From: Candidatus Latescibacterota bacterium
Lineage (GTDB): Bacteria > Latescibacterota > UBA2968 > GCA-2709665
Length of the DNA stretch: 64,000 nt
Direction: 5' to 3'
NCBI GenBank assembly: GCA_965248435.1
Contig: OZ252100.1
Span: forward strand, 4,288,001 to 4,352,000
The translations under genes and the position numbers were made by a program. The notes under the pieces are model-generated. The model ran no database searches, was not told the DNA's origin, and saw only the letters and a list, made by a program, of their open reading frames with translations. This document shows, piece after piece, positions 9,963 through 19,202 of the stretch (position 1 is the first letter of the stretch; each line of letters begins with the position of its first letter).

Positions 9963-11051
9963 ATGAACATTCATATCGGGAACCACATCGTTGGTGGTGA
10001 CGCTAAATGTTTTCTGATTGCCGAGATCGGATTGAATCATAACGGGGATGTTCGTATCGCTCGAAAGCTGATCGAAGAAGCTGCCAGGGTTGGTGCCGAT
10101 GCAGTCAAGTTTCAGAAGCGGACAATAGAAGATGTGATCATTGGGGAGTATCTCGAAAGGCCCTATGCTGGCTATAACTCATATGGTGCGACGTATGGGG
10201 AACATAGGGCTGCGCTCGAACTTCAGGACGAAGTCTGGCCTGAGCTGCGTGATCTGAGCCTTAAGCTCGGATTGGAGTTTTTTGCCAGTCCGTGGGACGA
10301 GAAGAGTGCTGATTTTCTAGAGGAGTTGAACATTCCAGCCCTCAAGATCGCATCAGCTGACCTGACGAATCTTCCCCTTCTGAAACATGTAGCGGCCAAA
10401 GAGAAACCTGTGATCTTATCCACAGGCATGAGCACGATGAAGGAGATTGAAGAGGCCGTTTCCACCGTTCAAAAGATTAATCCGCAGTTGGCGTTGCTAC
10501 ATTGTGTCTCTACCTATCCCTTTGACGATCATCACGCGAATTTAAGTATGATACCTATTTTGAAGGACAGATTTCCACAAGCCGTGATTGGTTATTCCGG
10601 ACACGAAAAATCAGGACACATAATTTCTGTTATGGCAGCTGTGTTAGGTGCGAAAATCATAGAGCGGCATTTTACGCTAGATCGCACGCTGAAAGGCCCG
10701 GACCATGCCGCTTCCCTGGAACCACACGGGTTTGGTTTTATTCATGAGAACGTAAGGAAGGCTGAGGCTGCCATGGGTTCGGGAGAGAAGCGTATTCTAG
10801 ATAGTGAGAAACCGATTCGCGAGAAATTGGCGAAAAGCGTTGTTTCGAAATGCGATATCAAGGCAGGGACCGTCATCACAGCAGATATGCTCACTGTGAA
10901 GAGCCCTGGGATTGGGATAGTGCCGACACAGCTCCAGGATCTTTGCGGTCGGACCGCGATGGTCGATGTTGCAGTTGATACATTGCTCCCAACAGATGCG
11001 TTGACGTGGCCGCTGACGCGGGTTGAGGCGGCCCTTACTAGCTCGGATTGA
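9963..11051 (+). CDS. neuB: NeuB-family nonulosonate synthase 1 with C-terminal SAF domain, resembling 9-phosphate synthases (NANS-like)
   Basis: IAEIGLNHNGD, KFQKR, LERPY..SYG.TYGEH, GYSGHE and ERHFTLDR..GPDHAASLEP. Confidence 0.92.
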   Translation: MNIHIGNHIVGGDAKCFLIAEIGLNHNGDVRIARKLIEEAARVGADAVKFQKRTIEDVIIGEYLERPYAGYNSYGATYGEHRAALELQDEVWPELRDLSLKLGLEFFASPWDEKSADFLEELNIPALKIASADLTNLPLLKHVAAKEKPVILSTGMSTMKEIEEAVSTVQKINPQLALLHCVSTYPFDDHHANLSMIPILKDRFPQAVIGYSGHEKSGHIISVMAAVLGAKIIERHFTLDRTLKGPDHAASLEPHGFGFIHENVRKAEAAMGSGEKRILDSEKPIREKLAKSVVSKCDIKAGTVITADMLTVKSPGIGIVPTQLQDLCGRTAMVDVAVDTLLPTDALTWPLTRVEAALTSSD

Positions 11052-11114
11052 TCAAGATTGGGTGAATTTTTCAGTGAGAGTAATTTTGTATTTCACGTGA
11101 GGCTGTACTGTTCT

Positions 11115-11143
11115 GTGACAAATAGACAAGCGAATTCTAGAAT
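11115..11143 (+). promoter_or_regulatory. Candidate sigma70 internal promoter
   Basis: GTGACA, 17 nt, then TAGAAT in an AT-rich intergenic gap, ending 5 nt before the ATG at 11149. Confidence 0.35.
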
Positions 11144-11148
11144 AGAAA

Positions 11149-12507
11149 ATGGCTAAAACGGCTTTGATCGTCATCGACAATTCTAAGAGAGAACTATTTG
11201 GTTGCTCTTTGTTGAAGCGGTGTTTGGCTTCAATGGGCATTCGATCGCTGCTTTGCAGCCGGTTTGCGTTTAATACCTATTATGCACATTATGCTCCTGA
11301 TGCGATTGTATGGCCAAACGCGTTTTCTGATCTTTCGAGTTTTCAGAAGTCCAGCCACATTTTTGTATTGCCCAGTGAATCAGGAAATGGACAGCCCGAT
11401 CAAGTGGTTGCAACCCACGCGGGAACCGACATTCATCCGGTGTATCCGGAGTGTGTCGACCGATTCTTCTGCTGGGGACATGCGATGCGGGAGCTTCTAC
11501 TCCAGACCGGGACGTGGCGTGAGGACCAGTTGATTGCGACTGGAAGTCCGGCCACGGACCACTGGCTATTGCCCAGATCCGAGTCCAGGCTCACACCCCC
11601 GAGGGCTGGCTTGACGACCACGTTTAGGGCCATCAATAACGGCAAAACGAACCATTTTAAATGGCTTGATCAAGTTGAGCGTGTGGGGGGGGACGGAACC
11701 TACTTCGCTCCTCCGCAACACGCGGAGTCGTGGCTTTTTTTCGAGGCCTCACTCGCGCGCGTGATGGCGGACTTGGTGCGTACTCTCGCCTTGGATCGTA
11801 GCGAAATCATGACGATTCGCCCCCATCCGTTTGAAGACGAGGTTCGATATAAACACTTCCAGGAGCTTACGGACGGACGTGTATTTGTGACGAAACAGGG
11901 CACAATCACGGAGTGGCTTGATAGAATTTCAATCCTGTTCACCTGCGTCTCTGCTTCTGCGCTGGATGCTGTTGTCCGCGGTGTGCCGGTCGTATCGCTA
12001 AAGGGTCTGCTCGATCCGGATGCGGTCAGGAAAATTCCCTCCGATTTCCATTATGAATACGAGGATCTGCTATGGCAGCTGGAAGATACAGAACAGGCTG
12101 TTGATTATTTTCGGCTAGCAGCCAAGGGGGAACTCAGGCCATGCCGTGACGAAAAACGAATATTTGAGTTTCTACACAGACACTTCCTGTTTCCCAGGAG
12201 AATTCCGGCAGCAATGAATATTGCGCTGGAGATCAAAAACGCGTTTGAGGGGGGTGCGGATCGAAAGGGAGGATATACCGTTCCACGCTCTAAGGTCCTG
12301 AAGCACATGGTTCGCCGGCACGTACCGATGTTTCCCCAATTGATCGCCCTCCGAAAATACTTGTCAAGCCTATTGCCGAAGCGCAAGAACATCGGTTTCT
12401 CATATCAGCCCTGGCGTGTTCGGGAGCAGAGAACCGCCATACAAACTGCTGACAAGCTATTATCTGTTTGGAATAGGGACGGAGAGATAGTCACGGAGCC
12501 CCGGTGA
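11149..12507 (+). CDS. Surface carbohydrate biosynthesis protein, putative GT-B transferase
   Basis: N-terminal DNSKREL, then FCWG, TGSP..D, IRPHPFE and SASALDAVVRGVPVVS, a GT-B-like C-terminal pattern. Confidence 0.65.
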   Translation: MAKTALIVIDNSKRELFGCSLLKRCLASMGIRSLLCSRFAFNTYYAHYAPDAIVWPNAFSDLSSFQKSSHIFVLPSESGNGQPDQVVATHAGTDIHPVYPECVDRFFCWGHAMRELLLQTGTWREDQLIATGSPATDHWLLPRSESRLTPPRAGLTTTFRAINNGKTNHFKWLDQVERVGGDGTYFAPPQHAESWLFFEASLARVMADLVRTLALDRSEIMTIRPHPFEDEVRYKHFQELTDGRVFVTKQGTITEWLDRISILFTCVSASALDAVVRGVPVVSLKGLLDPDAVRKIPSDFHYEYEDLLWQLEDTEQAVDYFRLAAKGELRPCRDEKRIFEFLHRHFLFPRRIPAAMNIALEIKNAFEGGADRKGGYTVPRSKVLKHMVRRHVPMFPQLIALRKYLSSLLPKRKNIGFSYQPWRVREQRTAIQTADKLLSVWNRDGEIVTEPR

Positions 12508-13712
12508 GAATCTGCACCTTGGCGTGTAGGGTGAAAAGGGGATTTATACTGAAAATGAGAGTCAAAGGTATTTCGTTCTGCTTGCTGGGATTTATAGTGA
12601 CTTACAGCGGGGGCTTCGTGATTCTGTTGCTGAGACTCGTGAATCTACACCCTGAAACTAGTGAAATCGTTCGGACGGCTGCTATCGGTTTGGCAGGGAT
12701 ACTGTATTTAGCAGGATGCTACATTGCTACCGAACTGGCAAGCAAGTCCATTCTCCGCAGGGTACATCCATCTTTGCTCAAGGAAAGTGCGCAACCCGCT
12801 TTGCAAATGATGCCACATGTTTTCACTCACTTCATTCCTTGTAATTCATATGCTGATGTGAAAGACCATTTTCGCCTCGCTGCACGGGCCGACCGATCTA
12901 AGGTGGGAAAAATCGTATACCTAGCGGGAGACTGTACTATTTTCGAGGAACATTTAGATGTTCACGAAAGTATGGCTTTTCAGCTGAACGACCAACTATG
13001 CGATTGGAGTATGTTAAACGCGGGAGCACCTCATTACAGCATATTGCACGCGTACAACCGGTTGGTGTTTGATGTGAGCAGAGGCTACAAACCTGATATG
13101 GTCCTGTTGTTCTCCGCCGCAAACGATGTGCTGGGTTTTATTCACCACAAAGATGGTTTTATTGATGATGCGCACACGCACATGTACAGGCCTTGGTTGC
13201 CCTACGGGGGTGTCTCTAATAGGTTTGGCCGAATTCCGTCGTCGAGTTTGAAGCTGCTGTTTGCATATTTCATCATCGATAGACGGGACTGTGCTTGGAA
13301 CAATCTTGCGGAATCTACCTCTGATGTGTTTTTCGAGGAAGATAGTGTTAGAACTGCCAGGGACCTTTTCAACACTTCTACATACTCGAGATGTTTGGGA
13401 TTGTTTTTGTCCACGTGCAGAGCAATCGATGCTGAATTCGTGCCAACTACATTTTACTACAACAATTTGGATATGCAAAACGAGCCGCGTAGGACGTATG
13501 CCTGGGGGATCGATCAGATCAACGATTTGGTCATAAATTTTTCTCAAGCCAATGGTATTAGATTTGTAGACTTCGCAAAGCGGCTGGATCTAGTTCCGGA
13601 GCGTGACATACACAATAAGTGGCACTACACGCCGGACGGAAATCGGAAGCGCGCTCTGCTTTTGAAAGACGAGCTAGCTTCATCTGTCGGACTCAAAATT
13701 GGGAGTTACTAA
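12504..13712 (+). CDS. Membrane-anchored SGNH/GDSL-like protein
   Basis: Two N-terminal TMs, then block-like motifs GDC (Ser replaced by Cys), NAG, AND and HYTPDGN. Confidence 0.6.
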   Translation: MRICTLACRVKRGFILKMRVKGISFCLLGFIVTYSGGFVILLLRLVNLHPETSEIVRTAAIGLAGILYLAGCYIATELASKSILRRVHPSLLKESAQPALQMMPHVFTHFIPCNSYADVKDHFRLAARADRSKVGKIVYLAGDCTIFEEHLDVHESMAFQLNDQLCDWSMLNAGAPHYSILHAYNRLVFDVSRGYKPDMVLLFSAANDVLGFIHHKDGFIDDAHTHMYRPWLPYGGVSNRFGRIPSSSLKLLFAYFIIDRRDCAWNNLAESTSDVFFEEDSVRTARDLFNTSTYSRCLGLFLSTCRAIDAEFVPTTFYYNNLDMQNEPRRTYAWGIDQINDLVINFSQANGIRFVDFAKRLDLVPERDIHNKWHYTPDGNRKRALLLKDELASSVGLKIGSY

Positions 13713-13776
13713 CTTGCTATTCAAGGTCCGTATTTCAAAGGCAACGGATTCCATGTCGGTAAGGGAGATCATGTAG

Positions 13777-14730
13777 GTGAGAGTTCTTGTCACAGGCGGA
13801 TGCGGCTTTATTGGTTCCCACGTGGTAGACAAGCTGCGGGACAAAGGAATCGATGTTCGGGTCTACGACTTGATCCACAACGCCGAGTTGATGCGAGACG
13901 ATGTAGAGTACATCGGTGGGAGCATCCTTGATTTTCACCGTCTTGTGGGCGCGATGTCAGGGGTATACGCGGTCTACCACCTTGCCGCGATAGCGGACGT
14001 GAAGGAGGTGCTCGAAAATCCTCACCGGTCTGAAGAGATCAACGTTCGTGGCACGATAAACGTCCTAGAAGCAGCGCGCTGCATGGCAGTACGACGGGTC
14101 ATCTACGGAAGCTCGACCTGGGTGTACAGTGAGGCAGATGGAGACGAGGTGGACGAAACTACGCCGTTACTATCCCCATCGCATCTTTATACTGCAACGA
14201 AGATGGTGGGGGAATACTACTGTAGAAGCTACACGGAGCAATACGAGGTGCCTACTACTGTACTTCGCTACGGGATTCCATATGGCCCCAGGGCACGAGA
14301 TGGAGCGGTTCTGCCGATATTCGTTGAGAAAGCGCTCTGTGGCGAGCCTTTGGCAATTTCGGGAGATGGATCGCAATATCGGAAGTTCGTCTACGTTGAA
14401 GACCTTGCCGATGGAAATGTCAAAGCACTTAAATCCACCGCACCGTATCGTGTCTACAACCTTGACGGGCTCGAAAAGAATAGCATCAGACAGATTGCAG
14501 AGACGATCAGGGAAATCTTGGGAAGTGTGGAAATTAAATATGTTGAGGCACGTCCTGGAGATTTTTCCGGCAAGGAGGTTTCGAGCGAACGTGCACAGCG
14601 TGAGCTCGGTTGGGAGGCGACTACACCTTTCAAGGAGGGAGTTCGGCGCTACATAGAGTGGTACAAGGTGCGCCGTGAGGGTCGAGAGTTGATGGACAGG
14701 CGAGAGAGGGACCTGATCCAGACTCTTTAG
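13777..14730 (+). CDS. NAD-dependent nucleotide-sugar epimerase/dehydratase (extended SDR)
   Basis: VTGGCGFIGSH, HLAA, YTATK (YxxxK), YGP and GDGSQ.RKFVYVEDL. Confidence 0.92.
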   Translation: MRVLVTGGCGFIGSHVVDKLRDKGIDVRVYDLIHNAELMRDDVEYIGGSILDFHRLVGAMSGVYAVYHLAAIADVKEVLENPHRSEEINVRGTINVLEAARCMAVRRVIYGSSTWVYSEADGDEVDETTPLLSPSHLYTATKMVGEYYCRSYTEQYEVPTTVLRYGIPYGPRARDGAVLPIFVEKALCGEPLAISGDGSQYRKFVYVEDLADGNVKALKSTAPYRVYNLDGLEKNSIRQIAETIREILGSVEIKYVEARPGDFSGKEVSSERAQRELGWEATTPFKEGVRRYIEWYKVRREGRELMDRRERDLIQTL

Positions 14731-14932
14731 CCCCACTGCCGTAGAAATCGATCCTCTCATACGCACCTCTGATTCCGAGGTCCGCTGTCGGGACCGCCTA
14801 ACCCTAATACGAGCGCGGGTGCGACGCCAGCACCCCACAGGGGAAGGGTTCACTGGCGAACACCACAAGTTGTACAACAACGATGGCATACTACAACATC
14901 TCGATGTCCCGAATTGCCCTTGTGAGAATTTC

Positions 14933-15967
14933 GTGCCCCAGACAATCACGATAGAAGGCCGAATGATCGGACAGGGGCAACAGACCTTCATCATCGCGGA
15001 ACTGGGATACAACTTCCGAACGCCAGAAGAGGCCCTGGCTTCGGTCGACGCGGCGGCCGACTGCGGCGTCGACGCGCTCAAAATTCAGACGTTCAAGGCG
15101 GAGACGATCACGACGCAGACCGTCGACTTTCCGGAGGAGGCCGGCGGCGTCAATCAGTTCGACGAGTTCAAGCAATACGAGATATCTGAGGTGGTGCACC
15201 GTCAGATTTTCGACCGATGCCGAGAGCGGAGCTTGATCCCGTTTTCCACGCCGAGCCATCCGGACGACGTCGACCTGCTAGAGCGGCTTGGGTCGCCGAT
15301 CTACAAGGTCGGGTCCGACGATTTGACCAACTTGCCGTTTTTGGACTACGTCGGTAGGCAAGGTAGGCCGGTCATCTTCTCGTCGGGAATGGCGACGCTC
15401 GGCGAAGTAGACAAGGCGATTCACGTGCTTCACGAGGCGGGAAACCGCGACCTGATTCTTCTCCAGTGCGTGTCGAACTACCCGATCAAGGACGTGTCCC
15501 AGCTGGACCTGAACGTGATCCGAACGTATCGCCGTGTGTTCCCGGTCCACGTGGGGCTTTCGGACCATACGCAGTCATTTGTTGCTGCGATTGCGGCTGT
15601 CGCACTCGGCGCGTGCGTGGTCGAGAAGCACTTCACGCTCGATAAAGCGCTGCCGGTCCCGGACGCATTTTTCTCAGCCGACCCGCAAGAGATGAAGCAT
15701 CTGGTAGACGCGCTTCGGGAGGTGGAGCAGATGCTCGGAGCGGGGTACAAGACGCCTAGCGCGTCCGAAAAGGGTATGCGAACCGAAACGCGAAAGAGCA
15801 TCATCGCGCTGAGAGACCTGCCTGAAGGGCATCAGATCGGAGACAGTGACGTGATCATCAAGCGTCCGGGGAATGGCATCGAGCCGGCGCTCCTTCAGGT
15901 CGTGATCGGCCGGACGACCCGCACGGCGATTCCGGCGGATACACCAATCGAATGGTCAATGGTTTGA
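14933..15967 (+). CDS. neuB: NeuB/PseI-family nonulosonate synthase 2 with SAF domain
   Basis: IAELGYN, KVGSDDLTN, QCVSNYP, GLSDHT and EKHFTLDK. The start is placed tentatively at GTG 14933; the ORF is open from 14819. Confidence 0.88.
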   Translation: MPQTITIEGRMIGQGQQTFIIAELGYNFRTPEEALASVDAAADCGVDALKIQTFKAETITTQTVDFPEEAGGVNQFDEFKQYEISEVVHRQIFDRCRERSLIPFSTPSHPDDVDLLERLGSPIYKVGSDDLTNLPFLDYVGRQGRPVIFSSGMATLGEVDKAIHVLHEAGNRDLILLQCVSNYPIKDVSQLDLNVIRTYRRVFPVHVGLSDHTQSFVAAIAAVALGACVVEKHFTLDKALPVPDAFFSADPQEMKHLVDALREVEQMLGAGYKTPSASEKGMRTETRKSIIALRDLPEGHQIGDSDVIIKRPGNGIEPALLQVVIGRTTRTAIPADTPIEWSMV

Positions 15968-16986
15968 CGGATCCGGTATGCCGGGTCGCGTTTGTCGCGG
16001 AGTCGGAACAGGCCATCGGCACGGGTCACGCGGTCGAGACGATAGCGTTGTTGCGGGCGTGCGTCGGCTTCGGGATCGAGCCGAGGGCGGTATTCACGGC
16101 CGGGACGCCGCAGCCCCTGCTTGACGGGATCAAGACGGATTTCGAGACGATCGATGAGCCGGACGAGAAGACGCTCCGAGACACGGCTGCCCGACTGGCC
16201 TGGGACGGGGTGTCAACGGTGGTGACGAACTTTCGACGGATCACCGAGGACCAGATTCAGGCCCTGCGAGACGGAGGGCTGAGGACGGTCTGTATCGACG
16301 AGTTGGGCGGGCGGACCATTCACCCGGACGTCATCGTGAATACGTCGATCGTTCGGACTTTTCAAGTGTATCCCGGTACGCGCGCCCGGGTGCTAGCCGG
16401 TCCCGCTTATTTGCCGCTTGACACACGCTTTAGTACGGCGCGAACGAAACGGAACTTTCCGCAGGGGGTGCGGGCAATCGCGGTTTCGATGGGCGGAACG
16501 GACCGGACGCAGGCTACGCGCCGGGTGGTCGCGTCCCTGCGGAACGTAAGCGAAATCCGTCTGCACATCGTCGTCGGGCCCGGGTTCACGTTCACGGAAG
16601 CGCTAGCCCAGGAGGTCGCCGGATGCGCGGGACAGGCGACCCTACACCGAACGCCCCCAAAGCTGCAGCAGATTCTCGGGTGCGTGGATGTGGGGATCAC
16701 TGCTGGGGGCAACACTCTCTACGAGCTCGCGTGCCTCGGGACGCCTGCCCTGGTGCTGTTCGAAGATGAGCACGAAAGACTGCAGGGCGAGGCGTTCGAG
16801 GCCGCCGGGTTTGGCAGGTGCCTCGGGCAGGGGGTTTCGTTCCAACCGGAGGCGCTGCTGTCGGCGATCGAGGCCATGGACGAAGCCGGGACCCTTTCCG
16901 GGCACAGCGAGGCAGGACGAAAGCTTGTGGACGGACGCGGTGTGGAGCGTGTTTTGAGTGTCGTGCGGGAGATCTCCAAATACTGA
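15952..16986 (+). CDS. PseG/SpsG-like GT-B nucleotide-sugar hydrolase
   Basis: IGTGH, CIDE, LAGPAYLPL, VSMGGTD and ITAGGNTLYELACLGTP. It is adjacent to NeuB. Confidence 0.8.
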   Translation: MVNGLTDPVCRVAFVAESEQAIGTGHAVETIALLRACVGFGIEPRAVFTAGTPQPLLDGIKTDFETIDEPDEKTLRDTAARLAWDGVSTVVTNFRRITEDQIQALRDGGLRTVCIDELGGRTIHPDVIVNTSIVRTFQVYPGTRARVLAGPAYLPLDTRFSTARTKRNFPQGVRAIAVSMGGTDRTQATRRVVASLRNVSEIRLHIVVGPGFTFTEALAQEVAGCAGQATLHRTPPKLQQILGCVDVGITAGGNTLYELACLGTPALVLFEDEHERLQGEAFEAAGFGRCLGQGVSFQPEALLSAIEAMDEAGTLSGHSEAGRKLVDGRGVERVLSVVREISKY

Positions 16987-16998
16987 CGGGAGCGAACC

Positions 16999-18075
16999 AT
17001 GCTAGATCACAAATCGATGCGTGACAACGATCAGTCCTACCTGAGTAGCCGGTGGGAGAACATCCGATTCGTCCTGCTCCGCGGGAAGGGACACCGGTTC
17101 CGGTTCCTGAAGAACCGTATCAAGTGGCATATTTATCCACGGTTCGGGTGGCTGCCGAAGTTTCCGGACCACCTGGATCTCGAGCTGTCCAGCGCGTGTA
17201 ACATGCGGTGCCCGATGTGCTTTACGATCACCGATGAATTCAGGCAGAACGTGAAGCTGACCAACATGAGTTTCGATTTGTTCCGGAAAATCGTGGACGA
17301 GGGGGTCCGACACAAGCTGTTCTCCATCCGGCTGAGCTGGCGGGGTGAACCCACGCTGAACCCCCATATGGTGGAGATGACGCAGTACGCGAAGGACCGG
17401 GGGATCAAAGAAGTGTCGACGCTGACGAACGCTCTGAAATTGTCGCCGGAGCGATTCGAAGCTCTGATGAACGCAGGGCTCGACTGGCTGACGATCTCCT
17501 TCGATGGCATGGGGGAAACCTACAACCGGATCCGCAAACCGGCGAAGTTCGAAGATGCGGTCGCCAAAATCCGAGAGTTTCATCGGATCAAACAGGCGGA
17601 AAAGTCCCAGAAACCTGTGATCAAGATTCAGGGCGTCTGGCCTGCGATCAAGGAAGACCCTCAGGAGTTCTACGATCTCTTTCGACCGATCGTCGACCAG
17701 GTCGCCATCAACCCGCTGCTCGACTACCTTCGGAATGACAAGGAAATTGAATACCGAGACGGGTTTACGTGCCCTGTGCTATGGCAAAGGCTGGCGATCG
17801 GCGCGGATGGTCTCGTTCCCCTCTGTACTCACGACGAGATGGCGCACCACATCGTTGGTGACGCGAACAAGGAATCTGTCTACGATATCTGGAATAGCGA
17901 CACTCTATCTCAGGCGCGGAGTGCACACATGGAACATCAGGGGGTCGAAAAATACACTGCATGCAAGGAGTGTTTCCTACCACGCTCCTCAGAACCGGAG
18001 CTCGTGGAACTGGAGGACGGCAGGCTTGTGTCGGTGGAAAACATGGTAGACCGGACGGACGTGATTGGAGCATGA
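16999..18075 (+). CDS. Radical SAM protein with SPASM/twitch domain
   Basis: CNMRCPMC, RGEP, TLTN, ISFDG and C-terminal C...DG.VPLC...CKEC. Confidence 0.9.
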   Translation: MLDHKSMRDNDQSYLSSRWENIRFVLLRGKGHRFRFLKNRIKWHIYPRFGWLPKFPDHLDLELSSACNMRCPMCFTITDEFRQNVKLTNMSFDLFRKIVDEGVRHKLFSIRLSWRGEPTLNPHMVEMTQYAKDRGIKEVSTLTNALKLSPERFEALMNAGLDWLTISFDGMGETYNRIRKPAKFEDAVAKIREFHRIKQAEKSQKPVIKIQGVWPAIKEDPQEFYDLFRPIVDQVAINPLLDYLRNDKEIEYRDGFTCPVLWQRLAIGADGLVPLCTHDEMAHHIVGDANKESVYDIWNSDTLSQARSAHMEHQGVEKYTACKECFLPRSSEPELVELEDGRLVSVENMVDRTDVIGA

Positions 18076-18187
18076 TCCATGAGCATCCAGGAAGACCTGT
18101 GGAAGATTTCGGATCGGCTTGGGAGGGCTTGTCCCCGTCTAGCAATGACGAAGCTTCGGCTATGATCGAAGCCGTTCGGGCCTGCTC

Positions 18188-19162
18188 GTGAAGGGACCGA
18201 GCTCGTTCAAGCTGCTGCAGCGATTCCTTCAGCTCTACTGGCTGAAGCCTTTTGACGCAGTGAACGATACGGCGAACGCTGTCGCACTTCGGAGTTGCAG
18301 ATGGGCGCCACCGATCCTGGAGATCGGATCAGGAGATGGTGTATTCTCCTTCATCATGCATGGAGGAGTGTTCGCGTTCGAAGATGATCGCTACACGCAA
18401 TCAGACCTGAATCGATCAGGTGACATTTTCGACGTCTATGAGCGGGATCTTAGGATGACTTGCGAGCAACAGGCGCAGCTCAGGGTGACGGCGACGATCG
18501 ACATGAAGCGTTCCCATCTCTACAAATGCGGCGAAACCGGGCTCTATGACGGGCGGGTCCAAGCCCCGCCCTTTCCCCTGCCCTTCAGGAGCAACTGCTT
18601 CCGTACGGTCTTTCTCTATTTTCCACACGGACTGGCCGAGCGGAATCATCGAGTGAATTACGAGAAAACGTTGGCCGACATACGACGGGTACTTCGGGAC
18701 GATGGACGGCTGGTGATGACGGCGTTCGACCGGGAGGTGAAGCACTTTTTCGTCTGCGATCCTCTGGCGCGCTTCTTTAAGTCCCTTGGGTTTGAAAGGA
18801 TGGCGCGCTACTTCCACCGTCTGGATTCCGGACGGTGCAAAGAAATCAGCGGACTGAGCAAGACGATGGATGAATGGAAGTGTCTAATGGTGAAGAGCGG
18901 CTTCAGGCTTCGGTCATCCTGGAACCACATCAGGCCGTTGGCATGGCGAGTCTATGACCTGCAGACGCGTCCGGTCCTCAGATTCCTCATTCGATGGAGT
19001 AAGTCTCTCGAGAAGCTGGGATGCAAAGGGATCGTCAAGAACATCTGGGTGCACACACTTGCGCCATTTCTCTGGCTGTTCTACCTCGTTGCCGCGCGAC
19101 CCAACGTGAACGCTCGGGGGGGTCTGCTTTACGTGTTTGAATGCGAGCCACTTGCGAGATGA
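18188..19162 (+). CDS. Class I SAM-dependent methyltransferase
   Basis: LEIGSGDG and LPF...RRVLRDDGRL. Confidence 0.75.
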   Translation: MKGPSSFKLLQRFLQLYWLKPFDAVNDTANAVALRSCRWAPPILEIGSGDGVFSFIMHGGVFAFEDDRYTQSDLNRSGDIFDVYERDLRMTCEQQAQLRVTATIDMKRSHLYKCGETGLYDGRVQAPPFPLPFRSNCFRTVFLYFPHGLAERNHRVNYEKTLADIRRVLRDDGRLVMTAFDREVKHFFVCDPLARFFKSLGFERMARYFHRLDSGRCKEISGLSKTMDEWKCLMVKSGFRLRSSWNHIRPLAWRVYDLQTRPVLRFLIRWSKSLEKLGCKGIVKNIWVHTLAPFLWLFYLVAARPNVNARGGLLYVFECEPLAR

Positions 19163-19202
19163 GCAAGGATTACCACGACTAGGTAAGAAAAGAGTAGCCG
19201 AT

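Noticed and set aside
14170-15081. 303-aa minus-strand ORF
   Set aside because: It is antisense to two well-supported genes and has no recognisable motifs, so it is a shadow ORF.
16999-18191. RiPP interpretation of the radical SAM/SPASM genes
   Set aside because: There is no PqqD/RRE domain, peptidase or transporter, and the context is entirely glycan biosynthesis. The small ORF is kept only as a low-confidence finding.
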